Program-made: the position numbers and the translations under genes
The notes under the pieces: model-generated
What the model was told of the DNA's origin: nothing
What the model saw: the letters and a program-made list of their open reading frames with translations, nothing else
Databases searched by the model: none
Origin: an uncultured bacterium
Lineage (GTDB): Bacteria; Auribacterota; JACPWU01
Direction of reading: 5' to 3'
Assembly: GCA_964640155.1 (NCBI GenBank)
Contig: CAZXEQ010000002.1
Location: 300,001-332,000, forward strand
Length of the DNA stretch: 32,000 nucleotides
Part shown: in pieces, positions 20,964 through 29,403 of the stretch
Position numbering within the stretch: the first letter of the stretch is position 1
How the letters are laid out: each line of letters starts with the position of its first letter

Positions 20964-21476
20964 ATGCAAGAAAGATTAAATAAAATTATGGAATATGTTG
21001 TTTATTATGGAATAAAAATTCTGGCTGCACTTGCGATTTTTATTATTGGAAGATGGATTGCACGCATGATTTCTCAGCTTGTTGAGAAATTAATGATCAA
21101 AGCAAAGGTAGATCACACTCTCATTATTTTTACGAAACATATTGTGAATGTAAGTTTTATGATTTTTGTTGTGATTGCGGCTTTGAGCCAGTTAGGCATT
21201 CAGACAGCCTCTTTTGTTGCAGTACTTGGGGCTTCAGGTTTGGCGATTGGGCTTGCTCTTCAAGGTTCTCTCTCCAATTTTTCTGCAGGAGTTTTGATTG
21301 TCCTTTTCAAACCGTTTAAAGTCGGTGATTTTATTGAAGCTGCTGGAGTGAGTGGAATAGTTCGGGAAATCCAAATATTTAATACGGTTCTTATGACGGC
21401 AGATGACAAACAAAGAATTATTGTCCCAAACTCGAAAGTTACGGCCGATAAAATTATCATTCACGAGAAAAAATAA
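20964..21476 (+). CDS. MscS-family mechanosensitive channel, C-terminally short (170 aa)
   Basis: Three TM segments plus the pore helix GIQTASFVAVLGASGLAIGLALQGSLSNFSAGVLIVLFKPFKVGD and beta-domain IIVPNSKV. It stops at about the position of E. coli MscS residue 175-180, so the C-terminal alpha/beta domain is missing. Confidence 0.75.
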   Translation: MQERLNKIMEYVVYYGIKILAALAIFIIGRWIARMISQLVEKLMIKAKVDHTLIIFTKHIVNVSFMIFVVIAALSQLGIQTASFVAVLGASGLAIGLALQGSLSNFSAGVLIVLFKPFKVGDFIEAAGVSGIVREIQIFNTVLMTADDKQRIIVPNSKVTADKIIIHEKK

Positions 21477-21649
21477 GTATTTCTCATTTGTATTTTTTAA
21501 TGCAGGGTTTTATAGAAGAATTTTATGTTTCTGGTACAGATTATATTTAAGTAAAAATATTTAATAAGAAGTACGAATTTATTAGGTTTACCTGCTTCAT
21601 TAGATGGAATCGATAAAAAGGATTTGGAGTAAAAGGGGGGCAGAAAAGA

Positions 21650-22288
21650 ATGAAAGTGTTACGACATCTTTTTGAGAATAATAAGAAATGGGCTTCAGAA
21701 ATTGTTAAATCGACACCGGATTTCTTTTCTAAACTGACAGCACAACAGGCGCCTGAATATTTGTGGATTGGCTGTTCAGATAGTCGAGTTCCTGCAAATG
21801 AAATTGTGGGACTTCTTCCTGGAGAATTATTTGTCCATCGCAATGTGGCTAATCTTGTCATTCACACGGATTTAAATTGTCTTTCTGTTCTTCAATATGC
21901 AGTCGATATTCTCAAAATCAAACATGTGATTGTCTGTGGTCATTATGGATGTGGAGGGATCAAGGCTGCGATTGACAATAACCCGCATGGCTTGGTAGAT
22001 AATTGGTTAGGACATGTGCGGGATATTTATCATCGGCATCAAGCCAAATTGGTAAAAGGATCAAACGAATCTGGAAAAATAGCCAAATTGTGTGAATGGA
22101 ATGTAATTGAACAAGTTATCAATGTCGGCAATACGACTATCATTCAGGATGCATGGGGACGAGGACAAAAAATTTCAATCCATGGTTGGATTTATGATAT
22201 TGCGGATGGATTGATGAAAGATCTGGACGTAACGATTGCTACACCTAAAGAATTAGATTTATTGCAGATGAAATTAGAGACTAAATAA
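21650..22288 (+). CDS. can: Beta-class carbonic anhydrase
   Basis: 212 aa. Zinc ligands in CSDSRVP and GHYGCGG. Overall Can/CynT-like layout. Confidence 0.92.
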   Translation: MKVLRHLFENNKKWASEIVKSTPDFFSKLTAQQAPEYLWIGCSDSRVPANEIVGLLPGELFVHRNVANLVIHTDLNCLSVLQYAVDILKIKHVIVCGHYGCGGIKAAIDNNPHGLVDNWLGHVRDIYHRHQAKLVKGSNESGKIAKLCEWNVIEQVINVGNTTIIQDAWGRGQKISIHGWIYDIADGLMKDLDVTIATPKELDLLQMKLETK

Positions 22289-22305
22289 GTAAAAGGATAA
22301 AAAAG

Positions 22306-22548
22306 ATGAGCATGAAAAATAGTTGCGAAAGTTGCTTAATGCCTTTTTCTAAAGACCCAGGGAAAAGAGAATCTGATAAATATTGCAGTTTTTGCTTTAA
22401 TAACGGAGAGCTCTGTTACAAGGGCAATGATCTCAAAGAGTTTCAAAAAGTATGCCATGAGAGCATGCTTGAAAAAGGCCTGAATAAGTTCGTGGCAAAA
22501 TTTTTCACATTTTGTATTCGATTTGCCCCACGGTGGGAGAAAAAGTAA
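22306..22548 (+). CDS. Putative zinc-ribbon domain protein (Zn_ribbon_2-like)
   Basis: 80 aa. CESCLMPF...DKYCSFCF CxxC pair followed by a helical tail. Confidence 0.65.
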   Translation: MSMKNSCESCLMPFSKDPGKRESDKYCSFCFNNGELCYKGNDLKEFQKVCHESMLEKGLNKFVAKFFTFCIRFAPRWEKK

Positions 22549-22718
22549 ATCTAGAGCAAAAAATTCTGTGTCACTTTATCTCATTCCATTTATGAATGCG
22601 AAAAGTGCTTTTTTATGTAAAATTTAAAAGCTAAGATTAAAAATGGTTACAACAAATCAGAATCAGAAGAAAAGCGAACAAAGTGTAGAGATGATCAAAA
22701 ATAATTAAAGGAGATTTT

Positions 22719-23078
22719 ATGCGCTACGTTGATGGATATGTTTTACCCGTACCTAAGAAAAATTTGAAAGCCTATATACAAATGGCACAAATGGCTAGAA
22801 AAGTTTGGCGAGAGCACGGGGCTCTTGAATACGTTGAATGTATGGCTGATGATGTGAAGTCAGGCAAGTCCACGTCTTTCCCGCAAAGCGTAAAGCTAAA
22901 ACCTGGCGAGATTGTGATTTTCGCGTACGTTGTATTTAAGTCGCGCGCTCATCGTGACCGTGTCAATAGTAAGGTCATGAAAGATCCGAGAATTGCAAAC
23001 ATGTGTGATTCGAAAAAGATGCCTTTTGACGGGATGCGCATGTTCTGGGGTGGATTTAAGAGTATCGTTGAAGGCTGA
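22719..23078 (+). CDS. DUF1428 family protein
   Basis: 119 aa. MRYVDGYVLPVPKKNLKAYIQMA...EHGALEYVEC...VIFAYVVFKSRAHRD is typical of DUF1428. RBS AAGGAG. Confidence 0.8.
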   Translation: MRYVDGYVLPVPKKNLKAYIQMAQMARKVWREHGALEYVECMADDVKSGKSTSFPQSVKLKPGEIVIFAYVVFKSRAHRDRVNSKVMKDPRIANMCDSKKMPFDGMRMFWGGFKSIVEG

Positions 23079-23167
23079 GCAATTTTAAAAGCTTCTTGAT
23101 TTGACGAATATGGTATTTTGAACTTTTGAATCCATAGATATTCAGATAGAGAAGGGGAATAAATGCT

Positions 23168-23587
23168 ATGCCGTTTGTGATAGAAAGAATCTTTGATGCT
23201 CCTGTAGAAGCCGTTTGGAAAGCCATTACTGACAAAGATCAAATGAAACAATGGTATTTTGAACTGGCTGAGTTCAAGCCGGAAGTGGGATTTAAATTTC
23301 AATTTTTAGCTGGGAAAGATAACAAACAATATCTCCATCTTTGCAAAATAACAGATGTAATTCCTCAAAAGAAACTTGCCTATGATTGGTATTATGAAGT
23401 CTATGAAGGGAAATCGCATGTAACGTTTGAGTTATTTCCTGATGGGAATAAAACAAAATTAAAACTTACCCATGAGGGACTTGAAACTTTTCAAACAGAC
23501 AATCCTGATTTTGCAAAGGAAAGCTTTGCTGAAGGATGGACTTATATCATTGGGACTTCTCTTAAGAATTATTTGGAATCGAAGTAA
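23168..23587 (+). CDS. SRPBCC-superfamily protein (AHSA1/Aha1-like)
   Basis: 139 aa. IERIFDAPVEAVWKAITDKDQMKQWYF N-terminus and C-terminal GWTYIIGTSLKNYLE. Confidence 0.8.
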   Translation: MPFVIERIFDAPVEAVWKAITDKDQMKQWYFELAEFKPEVGFKFQFLAGKDNKQYLHLCKITDVIPQKKLAYDWYYEVYEGKSHVTFELFPDGNKTKLKLTHEGLETFQTDNPDFAKESFAEGWTYIIGTSLKNYLESK

Positions 23588-23635
23588 GACAAGAATCGGA
23601 TAGAACTCGATAAATGGTCAGTTACAATAGGTTCT

Positions 23636-24475
23636 ATGAAAAATAGAGAGGGACTACTTATTCAAGAAAAGATGGTGAAAGCTTGTCGATATATTGAAGA
23701 GAAAGAGAATTTGCCAAGTTTATCGAATGTCGCTCAGCCTGTCAATTTAAGCCCTACCTATTTTCAGAAAGCTTTCACAAAAGCCTTAAGTATTTCTCCT
23801 CGTCATTATGCAGATGCCATTCGCTTCGATCGTTTGCGTGAAGGATTGCAACAAGGCCATGATATTAATCATTCACTCTATGATGCTGGATTTGGAGCGA
23901 ATAGTCGCCTATATGAATTTGCCCATCAGTATTTAGGCATGACCCCAAAAACGTATCAAAGAAAAGGCCAAGGAATGGTTATTAGCTACACAATTGTGAA
24001 TTCTCCTTTAGATTATTTGCTTCTGGCTGCGACAGAAAAAGGCATATGCTCGGTTAAATTAGGCAATGATAAAAGAGAATTAGAGCAGGAATTTCAAAAA
24101 GAATTTCGATCAGCACAGTTAATTGAGAATGATAAATATTTAAAAAAATGGACTCAAATTCTGATTAATTATTTGTCGGGGCGTAAACCATGGCCTATTT
24201 TGCCCTACGATGTTCAAGCAACTGCTTTTCAAAGACGCGTGTGGGAAACCTTACGAGCGATTCCTTCTGGAAAAACTTATCACTATTCTGAATTGGCAAA
24301 GGCAATAGGACAACCTACTGCTGCACGAGCAGTTGCGCGTGCCTGTGCTACAAATCCAGTTGCGCTTGTGATTCCTTGCCATCGTATTGTGCCTAAATCG
24401 GGTGGAATAGGGGGATATCGTTGGCATCACGATCGTAAACAAAAGTTGTTGGCACGCGAAAAAGCAATACAATAA
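23636..24475 (+). CDS. AraC-type HTH fused to O6-alkylguanine-DNA methyltransferase (Ada-like, no N-terminal Zn domain)
   Basis: 279 aa. AraC HTH (LSPTYFQKAFTKALSISPRHY), then MGMT N-domain and the active site IPCHRIV with YSELAKAIGQPTAARAVARAC. Confidence 0.88.
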   Translation: MKNREGLLIQEKMVKACRYIEEKENLPSLSNVAQPVNLSPTYFQKAFTKALSISPRHYADAIRFDRLREGLQQGHDINHSLYDAGFGANSRLYEFAHQYLGMTPKTYQRKGQGMVISYTIVNSPLDYLLLAATEKGICSVKLGNDKRELEQEFQKEFRSAQLIENDKYLKKWTQILINYLSGRKPWPILPYDVQATAFQRRVWETLRAIPSGKTYHYSELAKAIGQPTAARAVARACATNPVALVIPCHRIVPKSGGIGGYRWHHDRKQKLLAREKAIQ

Positions 24476-24489
24476 TAGAAAGGAAGATC

Positions 24490-24951
24490 ATGAAAACTCT
24501 TATTCTTTTACTGGTATTTTTAGGTTCAACATTTCCATCGTTTGCATATCGAGAGAGGTTTACAAAAGTAATCCATGCCGAGCTTCAATTTGAAGCCGGG
24601 GATAAAGTGAAGCTTTCGATGGATCGTACTTCCTTGAAATCTCTAGAGCTTATTGCTACACAAGGGTCTTCTTCTGTTCCTAAAAAAGATCTTGAAGGTA
24701 TTGCATATCCGAAATTGGATAATATTGCAGTTTTATTTGGAACTTATGGGGATAGGAATGGAGAGTTGAAAGGGGTTGAATATAAATACATTCGCTTGAA
24801 TTATGGCTCCGAAGAAGATAAAGCGTTTGGTGAATATCCTTCGGTCTCTTTTTTCTTTTACAATGGAAAATATCATCATCGAGATATTACGAGGAAAGTG
24901 TCAGACGCTTCTTGGCAAATAAATTCATCAGAAAAAGATAAAACAAAGTAG
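24490..24951 (+). CDS. Hypothetical secreted protein
   Basis: 153 aa. Signal peptide MKTLILLLVFLGSTFPSFA. RBS GGAAG upstream. No family recognised. Confidence 0.55.
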   Translation: MKTLILLLVFLGSTFPSFAYRERFTKVIHAELQFEAGDKVKLSMDRTSLKSLELIATQGSSSVPKKDLEGIAYPKLDNIAVLFGTYGDRNGELKGVEYKYIRLNYGSEEDKAFGEYPSVSFFFYNGKYHHRDITRKVSDASWQINSSEKDKTK

Positions 24952-24983
24952 AACTTATAATATTAATATAAGGAAGAGCTCCT

Positions 24984-25535
24984 ATGAAACGAACAATTTT
25001 GTTGTTTGGCTTATTTTTATTTTCTGTGAATTGTTTTGTTTTTTCAAATCTCAAAGATCAAAAATTAAATTTTAAAAATACTGAATATTTTCATCGTTGG
25101 TCACAAAACGGACAACATGAATTTACACCCAAAGGGCAAGAAGATTTAGAAAAGTGGTCCGACATGGTCACAATCAATGTTTATTCTGATGCTAAAGATG
25201 GAGATGGGTTGGCTTCTATTGCCAATGCGGTGCTCGGAAATTATCAAAACGCTGGGGCAAAGATTTTAAAGACAGATTCTGTCCCAAGAACAGCACAAAA
25301 AGAGGCTGAGCATTTTATTTCAGCCATATTTCCCCAACCTCGTTTTATAGAAGTAGTTTTTGCTCATTTGAAGATGGTGGACGGAGTGGGCTGTGCCGTG
25401 ATTTACTCTCATCGCATTTATGGTGAAAAGGCTGGCAATGAAGCGAGTGCTTGGTTAAGAGATAATGGACAAGCGACAGAGCAAGCTTTGATGAGTTGGG
25501 AGGCTATGCCATCTTTAGCAGACTGGAGAAATTGA
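24984..25535 (+). CDS. Hypothetical secreted protein
   Basis: 183 aa. Signal peptide MKRTILLFGLFLFSVNCFVFS. RBS AAGGAAGAG upstream. No family recognised. Confidence 0.55.
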   Translation: MKRTILLFGLFLFSVNCFVFSNLKDQKLNFKNTEYFHRWSQNGQHEFTPKGQEDLEKWSDMVTINVYSDAKDGDGLASIANAVLGNYQNAGAKILKTDSVPRTAQKEAEHFISAIFPQPRFIEVVFAHLKMVDGVGCAVIYSHRIYGEKAGNEASAWLRDNGQATEQALMSWEAMPSLADWRN

Positions 25536-25548
25536 TAGGGAGATATTT

Positions 25549-25977
25549 ATGTTCCAAAGAAAAATGATTTTCAAATTAATTATATTATTATTCGTGAGTC
25601 ATATGCCCTTTTTATCATTACAAGCGGACATGCATGACAATAAAATTCAAGAGAAAGAGGAGCCTATGGGAAAATCTGAATATGCACAAACTCTTCCCAA
25701 GGGCGGTTGGTGGATCGGATCTTCTGAAACGCCTGATAAATATCAAGAAGCAATGCAAGTGGTTGAAGAACTCCTAAAAAGTAGAGATGAAGATCCGTAT
25801 GAGTTTTATGTGACGGTCACAGAAAAAGACAAGGATATTATTATATTTCATCTTTGGCATAAAGATGCTTTTAAACCAGAAAATAGAAGAGTTATAGGAA
25901 ATCCTGGTGGACGTTGTCGAGATATCCAATATCACAGTAAAATGAAGAGAATTATAAACCAGTTGTTTTGGCAATAG
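25549..25977 (+). CDS. Hypothetical secreted protein
   Basis: 142 aa. Hydrophobic N-terminus IFKLIILLFVSHMPFLSLQA. RBS GGGAGA upstream. No family recognised. Confidence 0.5.
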   Translation: MFQRKMIFKLIILLFVSHMPFLSLQADMHDNKIQEKEEPMGKSEYAQTLPKGGWWIGSSETPDKYQEAMQVVEELLKSRDEDPYEFYVTVTEKDKDIIIFHLWHKDAFKPENRRVIGNPGGRCRDIQYHSKMKRIINQLFWQ

Positions 25978-25989
25978 CAAAAGAAGAGT

Positions 25990-26919
25990 TTATTTCCAAA
26001 ACTTTTTTAACCACTTTGCAGTTCCAGAAATTTCAACAGACTCTGCAAATTTAACAAGATCCGGAATTTTTTTGACTTCATCGAGCCCAATCACTTTTCC
26101 ACTTGTGAAAATAGGTGCAAGGCGATGGTAGTTATCTCCTAGCATTTGACGACATTGATAATCCGTTACACCACTCACGCCTTCCATAAGGATATTAATA
26201 ATAGGTTTAACCCATTGGGCATGTCCCCAATCAAGTTCTTTTTTCTCAATGCGCATGAGAGATTGGCCTGTTCCTAATGAAAGAAGAACAATTTTTTCTG
26301 GAGAAGGTGGATTTTTGATGGCTCGTCGGTCTTGGGTTTGCGCCAAAGCAGCCATGCCGGGACTATTGGCACAAACACCTCCATCGATATAACCGTCCAC
26401 GGATGGGAAATAAGTGGGAGCTGCACTGGTGTAAAGCGCAATTTTATAAATGAGCTGTTCTCCATCACTGTCAGAGCCAGGGAAGTTATGAAAAAATTTT
26501 GGAGCCCAAGATCGTTTGTTGGGATCTGGATTTTCATTGTCCAGATCAAAAGTTGGAATTAGAACGCGTTTTTGTAAATTTGCTAATTTAGTTTTTCCAA
26601 AGATTCTTTTGAGTTCTTTAGATAAATTTTTATTGTCATATTGGGCCCCCGTGATATTTCCCATATCTTTGAGATTATCTAGCCATGAATCATCAAAAAT
26701 TTCTTTTCCTTTGCTCTCGTATAAACTCCGAAGTTCAGAAAGAGAGAGCCCGTGAGCAAGTCCCAATGCAATAATCCCTCCTGTGGAGGTTCCAGCCAAT
26801 AAATCTATCTTGTCAAGCCAACCAGGCATTTCTTTTTCTAAACGCTCAAGTAGAATTAGAGATAGCAACCCTCGAATACCTCCTCCGTCTAGAGATAATA
26901 TTTTATAAAAAGGTTTCAT
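25990..26919 (-). CDS. Patatin-like phospholipase
   Basis: 309 aa. Oxyanion hole LDGGGIRG, nucleophile elbow GTSTGG and catalytic Asp in YIDGGVCANSP form a complete Ser-Asp dyad. No signal peptide. Confidence 0.9.
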   Translation of the reverse strand: MKPFYKILSLDGGGIRGLLSLILLERLEKEMPGWLDKIDLLAGTSTGGIIALGLAHGLSLSELRSLYESKGKEIFDDSWLDNLKDMGNITGAQYDNKNLSKELKRIFGKTKLANLQKRVLIPTFDLDNENPDPNKRSWAPKFFHNFPGSDSDGEQLIYKIALYTSAAPTYFPSVDGYIDGGVCANSPGMAALAQTQDRRAIKNPPSPEKIVLLSLGTGQSLMRIEKKELDWGHAQWVKPIINILMEGVSGVTDYQCRQMLGDNYHRLAPIFTSGKVIGLDEVKKIPDLVKFAESVEISGTAKWLKKFWK

Positions 26920-27075
26920 ATCTTAAACTCCATTTCGAAAAGGTTCAAAATTTCTTCAAATATGTATTTATAATAATATACCATTTGTTGCTTCCTGATG
27001 AGCTCAATGTGATAATAGTGATATTATTTAGAAAATCTTCTTAGAATAAAATAATACAGATCAGGATTTTGAAAA

Positions 27076-27504
27076 ATGATGAAAAGACCTTTTGTGATTA
27101 ATTTTATAAGAGTTCTTACGTGGATTAAAATATTTCTGATTTGCTTTATTTTAGGCTTAACGGTGTTGTTTGCTGTATATATTCCTCAAAGCAATTTTTT
27201 CGGGAATTTTAGAAGAGGATGGATGCAAGCAGCCTTTGGTCAGAATTGGCAAGAAACAACCTCTTATACCTTAGGACAATTTACAGGAACTCTTATTTTC
27301 CCTCTCATCATTTCTATTCTCACTCTTTTATTCATCAGAAAACGAATTTTTTATGGTTTGGTTGTGATATTGTTGATTAATATTTTAATGAGTTTGAAGG
27401 GAGTTTTAGCTACTTGTGTAGCGGTTATTTTATTTCTCGTTTTTATTCTAAATAAAAAAGCAAAAAATTATATGAAAAGAATAGATTTGCCCAAGGTAGA
27501 ATAG
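27076..27504 (+). CDS. Hypothetical integral membrane protein (about 4 TM)
   Basis: 142 aa with four hydrophobic stretches. Divergent from the patatin gene across an AT-rich 156-nt spacer. Confidence 0.5.
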   Translation: MMKRPFVINFIRVLTWIKIFLICFILGLTVLFAVYIPQSNFFGNFRRGWMQAAFGQNWQETTSYTLGQFTGTLIFPLIISILTLLFIRKRIFYGLVVILLINILMSLKGVLATCVAVILFLVFILNKKAKNYMKRIDLPKVE

Positions 27505-27547
27505 AATGAGATTACTTCCTAAAAGTTAAAATGAAAGAACTCTTTTT

Positions 27548-28006
27548 ATGGAAATGAGTCGCATTATTCAGCTGATTCAGCAAGTGCTAGCCCCTGTCGT
27601 CATGGTTTCGAGTACGGCTTTACTTCTATTAGGGCTACAAAATAAATTCTCAAATTTGGCGAGTCGTTTTCGAGTGTTGAACCATGAAAAACGACTTTTG
27701 CTTGCAAAAACAAGTCGTGAAACGCTAGAGGAAAATAGATTTCATAACTTGGTAGCTCAAGTCGATCATCTTATGAAACGAGCACGTTATGTGAAAAACG
27801 CAATTGTCTTGAGTTATCTGGGCATTGTTTTCTTTACAGGGACGTCGGTTCTCATTTTTCTAAGTGCTTTTGCATCTTTTATGCCTCAGCTTTTAACTAT
27901 AGGGATTTTTATGATGGGTCTTTTATGTATTTTTATTGCATCAATCCTTATGATTTTAGAAGTGAACTTATTTCATAAGATTATTAGTTTAGAGTCTGAG
28001 TCTTAG
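27548..28006 (+). CDS. DUF2721 membrane protein
   Basis: 152 aa. N-terminus IIQLIQQVLAPVVMVSSTALLLLGLQNKFSNLASRFRVL followed by two C-terminal TM segments, the typical DUF2721 layout. Confidence 0.7.
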   Translation: MEMSRIIQLIQQVLAPVVMVSSTALLLLGLQNKFSNLASRFRVLNHEKRLLLAKTSRETLEENRFHNLVAQVDHLMKRARYVKNAIVLSYLGIVFFTGTSVLIFLSAFASFMPQLLTIGIFMMGLLCIFIASILMILEVNLFHKIISLESES

Positions 28007-28086
28007 TCTGTAAAAATTAAGGGTTTATTTTTTATGCCAATAGGCTTTATAATAGGCCAAAGTTTTATTCAGGGACCCCAGACCGA

Positions 28087-28458
28087 ATGATTTTCTTCTG
28101 GAATAAGAACAGTACAAAAAATCGACGTAAAAAAGAACGTGTTTCTTTTCACGTTCCTGTAAAGATACTTGTTCCTTCTCTGGCTTCTATTCGTGGAGAA
28201 GCATATGTAGAGGTTCATGGGAAAAATATCAGTGAAGGTGGTATCCTTGTTGAGGCCAAGCGCAGTTATCCAAGGCTTGTTCCTTGCAGAATTAAAATTG
28301 ACGGTCCTGGAGAATCGCAAGGGGCCGTTTTAGATGGAATGATTATTTGGGCTGATGAGAATAGTAAGGTAGGAAATTGGGAAGTAGGAATTGCTTTTAT
28401 TAATTTGCGTGAAGAAGAGAGAATGTTTCTCCATCAAATCGTTCTTCAATCCCAGTAA
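28087..28458 (+). CDS. PilZ-domain protein (predicted c-di-GMP receptor)
   Basis: 123 aa. RKKER (RxxxR) at the N-terminus and NISEGG ([D/N]xSxxG) about 30 aa downstream, the two canonical PilZ c-di-GMP binding motifs. Confidence 0.8.
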   Translation: MIFFWNKNSTKNRRKKERVSFHVPVKILVPSLASIRGEAYVEVHGKNISEGGILVEAKRSYPRLVPCRIKIDGPGESQGAVLDGMIIWADENSKVGNWEVGIAFINLREEERMFLHQIVLQSQ

Positions 28459-28540
28459 GAATCTTTTGTAAAGGTGGTTAATTCTAGTTTCAATTTAACC
28501 CTACGATCTATACCCTAATCCCTATTCCCTGCTTTTAAAT

Positions 28541-28625
28541 GGAGAGGTGCGTGAGCGGCTGAAGCGGCACGCCTGGAAAGCGTGTAAACTGAAAGGTTTC
28601 GGGGGTTCGAATCCCCCCCTCTCCG
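28541..28625 (+). tRNA. tRNA-Ser (anticodon GGA), class II, CCA not encoded
   Basis: GGAGAGG acceptor, anticodon loop CTGGAAA (GGA), variable arm TAAACTGAAAGGTTTC, T-arm GGGGGTTCGAATCCCCC, 3' CCTCTCC-G. Parallels E. coli tRNA-Ser(GGA). Confidence 0.93.
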
Positions 28626-28687
28626 AGATTTACTTCTATTTGGGACACAAATCTTATCGGATACTTAATGGAACTTGTCATTTCCTT

Positions 28688-29317
28688 ATGAAGAAAATAG
28701 AGGATCCAACAACCTTACACCATTTATCTTTGCAGGCTAAGAAGTATCTGAGTGCATTTACAGATCGATCCATAAGCAACATGCTACCCTTTGTAGCTCC
28801 AAAAGTTCTTGAAAAATTAGGTGGAGAAGAAAATTTTGAACAGTGCATGAAGCAGATTTTTTCAGAAGCTGATGGGAATTTAGATAAGGCAGCAATGCTT
28901 GATATCACAATTCAAGATCCTAAAGAAATATGTTCTATAGATAGTAAGTTTATAAGTATATTGAAAAGCGAAGTTCCTTTTGTATTAGAAGGAAAATTGC
29001 TTGGGATAATCAATGGGATTACTATCGCTCTTTCGTCTGATAAAGGTGAACACTGGGTATTTGTTGAAGGTACAGAAAATGGATTATCCTTACTTGATGA
29101 GAAAGAACAGGAGACGTTGGAACAAATAGGCCTCCCTAAACCATCTTTTAAACCTGTGAAAGGTAGAAAAAGAATATACAAAGACCAATCAAGCATGCAA
29201 AGACATATGTTACTTATGACGTTATCAATTATGAAGCCGGAAATGGTTGCGGACAGTGCGTTGGATTTACGTAAATTTGTACAGCAATTGTTTAAGAATG
29301 CAAAACCATATGAATAG
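28688..29317 (+). CDS. Hypothetical protein
   Basis: 209 aa from the ATG at 28688. The ORF-track start at 28547 lies inside the tRNA-Ser gene and is rejected. No family recognised. Confidence 0.5.
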   Translation: MKKIEDPTTLHHLSLQAKKYLSAFTDRSISNMLPFVAPKVLEKLGGEENFEQCMKQIFSEADGNLDKAAMLDITIQDPKEICSIDSKFISILKSEVPFVLEGKLLGIINGITIALSSDKGEHWVFVEGTENGLSLLDEKEQETLEQIGLPKPSFKPVKGRKRIYKDQSSMQRHMLLMTLSIMKPEMVADSALDLRKFVQQLFKNAKPYE

Positions 29318-29403
29318 ACAAATCAAAGAGGAATGTCGGCACAAAAAAGTAAAACGTCAACTTCTGTATATTTTATCAACCTTTTTACATCTAGGGATTA
29401 ATA

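Noticed and set aside
21547-21861. 104-aa minus-strand ORF
   Set aside because: It is antisense to the start of the beta-carbonic anhydrase gene and has no independent support.
22949-23302. 117-aa minus-strand ORF across the DUF1428/SRPBCC junction
   Set aside because: It overlaps two well-supported plus-strand genes in antisense and matches no family.
25990-26919. CBASS (CapV-type patatin effector) defence operon
   Set aside because: There is no CD-NTase/cyclase, Cap2/Cap3 or other CBASS signature gene anywhere in the window. The call is therefore limited to an orphan patatin.
28547-28687. N-terminal 47 aa of ORF 28547-29317
   Set aside because: This part is a translation of the tRNA-Ser(GGA) gene itself. 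The start is reassigned to ATG 28688.
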